From Antedon mediterranea (Eukaryota; Animalia; Echinodermata): DNA of 64,000 nt. A program made the translations under genes and the position numbers. The stretch lies in NCBI RefSeq assembly GCF_964355755.1, contig NC_092678.1, positions 12,274,352-12,338,351 of the forward strand, in the 5' to 3' direction. How positions within the stretch are numbered: position 1 is the first letter of the stretch; each line of letters starts with the position of its first letter. Shown here piece by piece: positions 33,768-42,700 of this stretch. Under the pieces are notes generated by a model. The model worked only from the letters and a program-made list of their open reading frames with translations, was not told the DNA's origin and made no database searches.

Positions 33768-36700
33768 GTTGTTGTTGTTTCGATCGTTGTTTTTGATATG
33801 CTTCTGAGGACGATTAAAGCATATTGATCGAAACGTCGAGAAACTCGACAGTTTTTTTCAAAACTACTATACGTTGTGTACCGCAAACTTTATATCAACA
33901 TTTGATTTCGCCATGCAAACCTTCAAACAATAAAATAAATGTTACAGCAACAACGTATTGGAATCTGGATGCAATGTTCCCGGATATATCCCATGTGACG
34001 CATGCGTAGCAATCAAAGGCACATGGCAGAACACTAGATTAAATTCGACTATGTAAACAAAATTCGAGGAATTGTTAGTATTTAAGAACTGACGAGATTT
34101 TATTTATGAGTATGTTTCAGTTTATCTTGTTTTGAAATTAAATGAGATAAAAATAAATTTAAACCATAAATATTTCTTACAAAAAACACTGCTCGCTTGT
34201 TGACATAACAGTTTTAAAGATATATTGTCCCCCTGAAAACATATTTTTTATTTCAAATTTGTTTTTGAATGTGTCATTTTATAATAGTTATTCACGTTAT
34301 CCAAACAATTATTTACCTGCAAAAAATGTAATTTAAAGAAAAATACTTTAACTTGTCTGTCAGACAATGTTTTTTTGGGTTATAATTAAACGTTTCTTTT
34401 CTATATTATTTTTTTGTTACAGAAGTGAATAACTTTTGTATTTGAAGTAAAATATATAAAATGTCATAATTGTGCAATTGAAATTGAAAATTACAAAATA
34501 CTGATTCTTAAAAAGATGATGTGCTTATTAAATAATTTAAATAAAGGAGATTGAATGTTATGAGATATGCAATAGCATTGATTGATATTGATTGATAAAT
34601 GACGTGTCAAAAAAGAGATTCTGCAAATTTTGTTTATTGGGTTCCAATTTTGCTTTTGCTTGCTGTGCATGCGTCGCTTGAAGCGATATCCGTGATCTAG
34701 GGATTGACATTGTTACAGTCGCACGTGCATTATAATAGCTACCTATAAATATAACAAAGCGTCAATCAAATACCTGCACAGCCGTAGAGTTCCATTCTTA
34801 AATCTGGCCAGTATAGTATTTTATATGGATAAATACGAATGTATCGAGCATTTACAGGAGAGAAAAACGAATTGGTAACGACACTCTCTGAATCAATAAC
34901 ATTTCCAGAAAATCGCTAAAATGTAAAATTACAAATATCAGATTTAATGCTTGCTATTAAATTCAATAATAATTATTTAATCCATATAAAGAAAATGGAA
35001 GCTGAATAAATACTTACAAGTATTATACGCAACTTATGCACACAAAACAACATTTTAATTCAGCTGGAGCTGGTCAATCTTTTATATTGTTTTTGTTGTT
35101 GTTTATCATCTACTAAGCTATCTTCTTTGTTTCCACTCGTATTTCTCCACCCACTATTCACCAGCCTGTGCCTATTTTCTTTTTAATTTCTTTTATTCCA
35201 CTACTCTCACTTGCACTGATGAAGGGCTGGTGTTACCCTAAAGCTCTGCTAATTTTTCTGCCTGTTTTACATTTACATTTTGATTTAGCTTTTTGCTTAT
35301 TTTATTTTGTATTTCCATTGAGATTCAGCCACTGATAGAAAGATTCCTCCGTGTATTTACTATGCAGTGACCACTTTGGTGTAGATAGATTATTGCATAT
35401 CGCAATGAATTATAACTATATATAACTATACTATGATGAAATCTTTAAACATATAAAAAAATGATGCGCTGTCAAACTATATACTATTAAATTTAATATA
35501 ATAATGAACATTTTAAGGCAGAAAGTTAATGTTAAGTTTGCTATTTTGGCCTATGAAAATGTCAAAATTTGTTTGATTGTCAAAATTATTGTTTTTTAAA
35601 TTTAATATGGAATTAATGATGACTTAATCACCCTTTGTTCTCTTAATTTAGAGTGAGTGAGTGGCCGAGACAGTGGAACCGTAATTACGTAGCCATAACA
35701 TTGGCAAGGGTTCGAGGCTCACTCGCTCCATGGTTCTGGTGGTAGAACGAGTCTTCTCGGATAAGGACTATAAACCGTAGGTCCAGTGTACACATAGCTC
35801 ATGAGCACTTTAAAGAACCTAGTACATCTTTCGAGACGAGTAGGGGGTTACCCCGGTGTACTAGTCCTCACAAACACAGCCACTGTCAAACACAGCCACT
35901 GTGCAAATTGGGACTGGACCGTTTTAGAGGTGTTTACCACCTGTTGGTCCAGATCCTTCACTAACTGAGTTAGTGAGAAGTCGAATAAATAAAATTTCAT
36001 AAAAAATCATACATATGATGAACTTTAAAAAAATTAAATGCAAAATAGGTGTTCTCGAGAATTCTGACGATCTATATTAATTAAAAAATTTATCATATTT
36101 TCAACATTTTGTTAACTTTATACACGACGTGCTTAGCCTGTCACTTGTATAGCGTAATTTCGAGTTGAAAAGTGAATCAAATATGATGATATTATTAGAG
36201 AAAGGTTGTAAAACAGAAATCGGGCAAAAAGAGTGCATATAAACATTTACCGCGCAGTGCGCGTGCAAAAATGTGAGCACTCATGGCAATTTTTTAACTC
36301 TTAAAATTGCCTGATAGTACTCTTATTTCATCGAAAATAAATTTTGAAAATTTTAAGCGCGCGTACGCATGCGTTGCATGCGCTACGCACGTAAATGTAT
36401 TGCCATATGATGATTTATGCCCTGAAATTTATGAGTACCAAATTGTATTTAACTGTGATTCATGCTCGTGAAGATATGATTACAAACGTGATTTCGTTAA
36501 ATTGTGCGTAGACTGCGTAATTGTTGATTGCGTGAAAACATAACCACATCCTTTCCTGGCCATAAGGAACATACTGTGAAAAATTGACTTAGCTAGATGA
36601 TATCAAGACAAAGCCATATACACCGACATAGTGAAGTGTAGAGCGAAAAAAAGCGAAAAGCTAAATCAAAATGATAAAGTGAAACAGCCAGAAAAGTTAC

Positions 36701-39700
36701 CAGAGCTTTCGGGCAACACTAGCCCTTCATCAGTGCTGTTCCGCCGTACCACGCCGAGAATGTGAAAGAGTCTCTATCCAATCGAGTTTGAACAATACCA
36801 TGAAAGCCACAGTGGTCTAATAGTTAGGACAGCTGCATATCAAGCAGACAGTCCGAGTTCGAGTCTCGGTTGGGGCGATATTTTCTCATTCTCACAGATT
36901 TCCTCATCTTTATCGTTTCAAATTAATTAATTAAATTGTCTTTGCCTGTTCTGTTTATATATATATATATATATATAATACAACTTAATTAGTAAACAGG
37001 GTTACATTAGGTGGTTAAAATCAATGTCGAACGTATAAACCAATTTTATCGAGTCGAGTAAAAATTATAGAAGTAACGCTTGTTTTACCGAATGTTGCAC
37101 TTACGTAAATTTATAATTATAATATAGATGAGTATTAAACAAGATCGTACACACTCGTGAGATTGTACAGTTTTTTTATTTTCAATTCCTATACATAGCA
37201 AGGTCACATACATGAGTGCAGTCGCGTGCTCCAATTTGAGTTAATGTTTACCCACCGACCGACCAACCAACCGACTGACCAACCGACCGACCAACTAACC
37301 GACCGACATAGTAAGCTGTAGAGTCACGTTTGCATGCAACTAAAAAGGATCCTAGAACTCACCCGGAATGTGTTTGAGAGGGGAAATGGAATTTAAGGGG
37401 TCTGACATAAACCTTTCTGGTCAGATGTTTTGTTGTTGTTATGCATTGACATACTATGTTCAATTACTAACTTTGATCCATGGATAAGATTGGGCAATAT
37501 TAAAGTGTTAGGAAAGGGATAACTTTAAATTGGTCTGACATGACCTTTCCGATCGGATATATTGTCAGCTTTTGTTTTTTATGTTTTGACACTACAATAT
37601 TTGTACAAATTTTGTGCGAGATGGAGTGAAATTAACTTGTTTGGGAGGGGCTAACTTATTAGTTATTATACAATGTATTTATATACAAGAAAACACCTGC
37701 AACTGCTATCACAATATATCCTTTTCTGATAATCGTACCAAATTAGAAATATATTAGCATAATAGTATTTCTTAAAGCTACCCATTTTTCTATACTTGTT
37801 TCTTTATTGTTATATGTTTCACATTCAATGTTATACAGCATATTGCTTTTAAATGAATTCCATAAAGATTTACCCACTGGCTTATTTAATGCTGATAATA
37901 TTTTTATTCTATAAATATTGAAAGCTGCAAATGTGTATATCAAATCTACTATGTTATCTCCCGTTCCTAGTATTAATTGCTTAAATGATATATTATTGTG
38001 GTTTATACATAATAATAATAATCGTGAAGAACCTTGTTAACATAAACAATATGCTAATACAAAATTTACAGAGGAGCAAAAACAAAAGATTTAATGTTTG
38101 GAAGAATAACACACTAAACAGATTCGCAAAGACCCCTGATGTCATAAACCAAACTTGGACTGACACATTCTTTTAATTTGGGACTCACTGAATTAAGAAC
38201 ATTGCCTCATCGAATGATGATCTAATTATTCACCCGCTAGAGGGTGTCAGTAGTATCTAAACAAAGATGTCACAAAAGTCTGCGGAACAAACGACCTGAC
38301 CACGAACAAAACTGTCGAAAACATCGCAAATGTATTTAAACATGCTATATTGAATTCTGAGTATTCGCGTCGAACTAAACAAACTAGAAAGTCTGAATGA
38401 AATATTAAAAACTATTGTAGAAGAGCAGGACATCATATTTGTAGATAACGAAAATAATTTTTGTTACAAGGATGATTTACCAGATGAATCTCTCCTTTGT
38501 GCTGATGGTCTCCATTTGTCGGAATCTGGTATAAACCGTAATTTTCAAAAAAAAAAAACGTATTTGAGCGAAACAGCCTCCAAAACAACTATCAACCCGA
38601 AGGCCATATAACCAACACGGTAGCAGCAATAGTAATCAAGTAGCAAGTAATCGACGATTAGTCACACGTTACAACCGCGGACAACTTGGTCACAAACAGT
38701 AATACTGTAGGACAAGGTACGAGCAACAACCAAGTGACTGGTACAGCGGCTACGATGAATCATATTATAATTTTGAATTGTATATGAAACAAAAATCTGA
38801 AGAGTGGATGACACCGGAAATATTAAATGCCATAAAAGAAACAGACTCACTATTAAATAAGTTCAAGAATAACCCAAATAGGCCAGACCTTTATGTTGCA
38901 TTTCGTAAGTTGCGTAATCGCATACAAAATGACATAAATAAAGCAAAATCTGAATGTTTTTTAAATAAGATAGAAGTTAACAAAAATAATCCCAATAAAC
39001 TCTGGAAATGCCTCAATGATTTGGGATATAAAAATAAGCCACAAAATGGTAGCACTATTTCGTTAGATGTTAATGGGAATCTTGGCCATAATGAAAGCGA
39101 ACTTTCAAATTATTTTAATACATACTTCGCAAATATTGCTTCCGATTTAATGAAAAATTGCCTTCTCCCAGTAACCTTTTTAGTGTAGGTTCGAATGCCT
39201 TTAAAAATTACTATAATAGCAAAATCAAACATGTTTCTGGTTTCTCTCTCGAAGAAATTGACGAGAGCCTTATCGAAGAGGAATTGAGAAATCTCAACCC
39301 ATCTAAAAGTGTAGGCCTTGATCAGATTCCTGCAAAATTTCTTAGAGACGGAGCTCCTAATATTAAAATACCAATAACACATATAATTAACCTTTCCATT
39401 AAATACGAACGTATTCCCTCGGATTTTAAACTCGCAAAAGTCACGCCCCTTCATAAAAGAATTCTAGAACTGAGGCTAAAAATTACAGACCTATAAGCAT
39501 TCTCTCCTCAGTTTCGAAAATTCTGGAGAAGGTGTATATATACAAGTTTCCGATTACCTTGAAATGAATCATTACGATCATCAATCCGGTTTTCGTAGAC
39601 TATTTACTACCGACACATGTCTTATTCATCTTAGAGATCACCTTAGAGTTCAAATGTAAAATGGTTTATTTACGGGTATGGTTTTACTCGATGTCCAAAA

Positions 39701-42700
39701 GGCCTTTGACTCGGTCAATCATGATATTTTGTGTAAAAAACATAAGTATCTAGGATGCCGGTCTATCGGTTGGTTTCAAGCGTATCTGTCTGGGCGAAAT
39801 CAGATTGTCGATATTAAAGGTACCAAATCGAACTCTATTGAGATTGGATGTGGAGTCCACCAGGGTAGCCTTTTGGGTCTTCTCTAGTTTCTTATTTACG
39901 TGAACGACCTACCATCTAGTATCGAAAGTGATTGTAAAGTTGTTTTGTATACTGACGATTGTGTAATTTTTTACTCCCATAAAGATCCAATCTCAATCCA
40001 ATCTAAACTCCAAACCAATCTCGTATCATGTAATAATTGGCTGATCGACAATCAACTTTCGCTTTATATGGGTAAGACCGAATGCATCTTGTTTGGTTCT
40101 AAACGTATATTAAGCAAAGTAAACGAATTCAATATAGATTGCTTTGGAACGACTATAAATGGATCAAAGTCTATCAAATATCTAGGTATTGAGATTGACC
40201 AAAATGTATCAGGTGACATCATTGCCCGCTCTGTTATAAACAAAGCAAACGGCAGACTGAAATTTCTGTACCGCCAATCATCATTTCTTAATTCACATTG
40301 TCGCAAAATTCTTAGTTTTGCTTTAATCCAACCGATGTTCGATTATTTGGTTTGCTCATGGTCTTCTACGGTAAATAAAAAATTGCAAACGACTCAAAAC
40401 AAAATGGTTCGTTTTATAAAAAAGTTAGGTCCCCAATCACATATAGGTAAATCTCAGCTAAAAGACGTTTGTATGTTAAAAGTCCAAGACCGTGTCGAAT
40501 TTCTTAGAGTCTGTCATGCTTTTAAAATATATAATCATTGTTGTCCACCTTATTTATGCAATCGTTTTATTAGAATTTCTGACAGTCATAATTACAATAC
40601 TAGGGGATGCAATTTTAATTTTAGATTTCCAACTATCAAGCCAATGGCACATGTGGCCTTTTTTTACAATGCTATTAAAGAATGGAATAATTTACCAATT
40701 AACATTAAGGAATCACAAACTGTTTGTTGTTTTAAAAGTAAAGTTAAAAAGTATCTACAGGAACGTACATTAGCATTAGAAACTATTTAATAAGCGCTAC
40801 TTCTATTTTTGATAGTCCTATTGTTTGTTTTTTTATTAATTATTATATGTTTCATTGTATGTCTTTTTGCTGTTCTTTCAAAGGACTTTTATGAGTTATC
40901 CTTGGCATCCTTTCTTGTTTTATTCATGGTTTTTTATATATGCTATTTTTAATTGTATGAATGTGATTTTGTATGTACTGATGCCAAAATAAATAAAATC
41001 AAATCAAATCATATAACTAGATGGTTCTCGAATACATAATAATTTCAGCGTAAAAAAACTGGCGATTTTAAATGTACGTACCGCATGAATATAAAACATT
41101 GTCGTTTACAGAAACAAATAAATAGACACAATGATTTATGTAGTCAACCAAAATTAGCACCATGGGAATTACTTCCGAAAGAGAAACTTGTCATAAAAGT
41201 CTAAATTTTTGATTTGAACTCATTTAAACAAACCCAATTTGTATTTTGTATCTAACATTAGGGTTGAGGGTTGGGGATGAAGATAGATACAAAGAGGAAC
41301 AATGTTTTAATATATTCTTTATATTAAAGTATTCTTTATATTTCTTTATTATCTACTCAGTAAAAAAATATTTTTTTTATAGGCCAATAAATAATATACC
41401 ACTAAATAGAGTAAAACATTTTCGATTTAATAACTTTGCTAAAATTGTCACTGTCATAGTCGTTTGAATTGAAATAGTAAAGTACATGTAACGATACTAC
41501 TACGACGTTTATATTTTTTGTAATTATTAATTAATACAAACGTTGAGAAGCAACTGTCAGTAATAAAATATTATATTATTATGTGTTTATAATCTAAAAG
41601 TATGGGTTACCCACACTCACAGTAATACAGTTTATTAGTATATTTGTTTATATTATATCTAACAGTACCAACACACACAAAAAGAAATTTGCGATTCAAA
41701 TGGCGATAAAAAGTGGTTAATACCTATATACAGTATTGTATAGCATTACAATACTATTTATGCTTTTTCTCCAAGGGCCCATAAATTTACCTACTGGTGT
41801 TAAACCATGGAGATTTGCAAACATGGTTAAACCAAATAATTTGGAATGTTCCATTCATCGCAAATCAATACATTTTGTTTAAACGTATGTTAAATCTATC
41901 AAAATAGTATTTTTAGTCGCGTGGAAGCAACTCTATAGTTCACTATGTCGGTCGGTCGGTCTGTCTGTCGGTCTGTCGGTCTGTCTGTCTGTCGTTCCGG
42001 TATCACTATGCGTTTTATCGCTTTATGACCTTATCTTGATATCAGTTTAATCTAGCTAAGTCAATTTTTCACAGAATATTCCTTATGGCCAAGAATCGAT
42101 GTGGTTATGTTTTCACGGTGCGCAATAGAAAATTATGCGGTCTACGCACGATTTAACGAAATCACGTTTGTAATCATATCTTAACAACCATGAATCACAA
42201 TTAAATAAAATTTGGTACTCATAAATTTCAGGGCATAAATCATCATATGGCAATACAATTACGTGCGTAACGCATGTAACGCATGCGTACGCGCGCTTAA
42301 AATTTTCAAAATTTATTTTCGATGAAATAAGAGTACGTTTCAGGCAATTTTAAGCGTTTACAAAAATCGTTTTGCTCGATTTCTGTTTTCTTGACTTACT
42401 TTTCAACTTGAAATTACGTTATACGAGCACGTCAAAAGTGACAGGCTACGCACGTGTAAATTAAGAAAATATAAATATTTTTAAACATTTCAACATTTTT
42501 AAACATGTTCAGTAATTTCGGTCAGTATAGTTCACTATGTCGGTCGGTCCGTCTGTCTGTCGGTCTGTCTGTCTGTCGGTCTGTTTGTCTGTCGGTCCGG
42601 TATCACTATGCATTGTAGCACGCGACTTAATGGCTGTTGGCCTTGTTTAAAGAAAATCTGCTAGTCTCCAACATTATGATGCTGTACTCGAGCTGTTCAA

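Noticed and set aside
33570-33827. Poly-Tyr ORF
   Set aside because: Translation of a LINE (ATT)n tail.
36806-36877. Functional tRNA-Asp gene
   Set aside because: ATC anticodon, acceptor and anticodon stem mismatches, degenerate D loop, embedded in a repeat.
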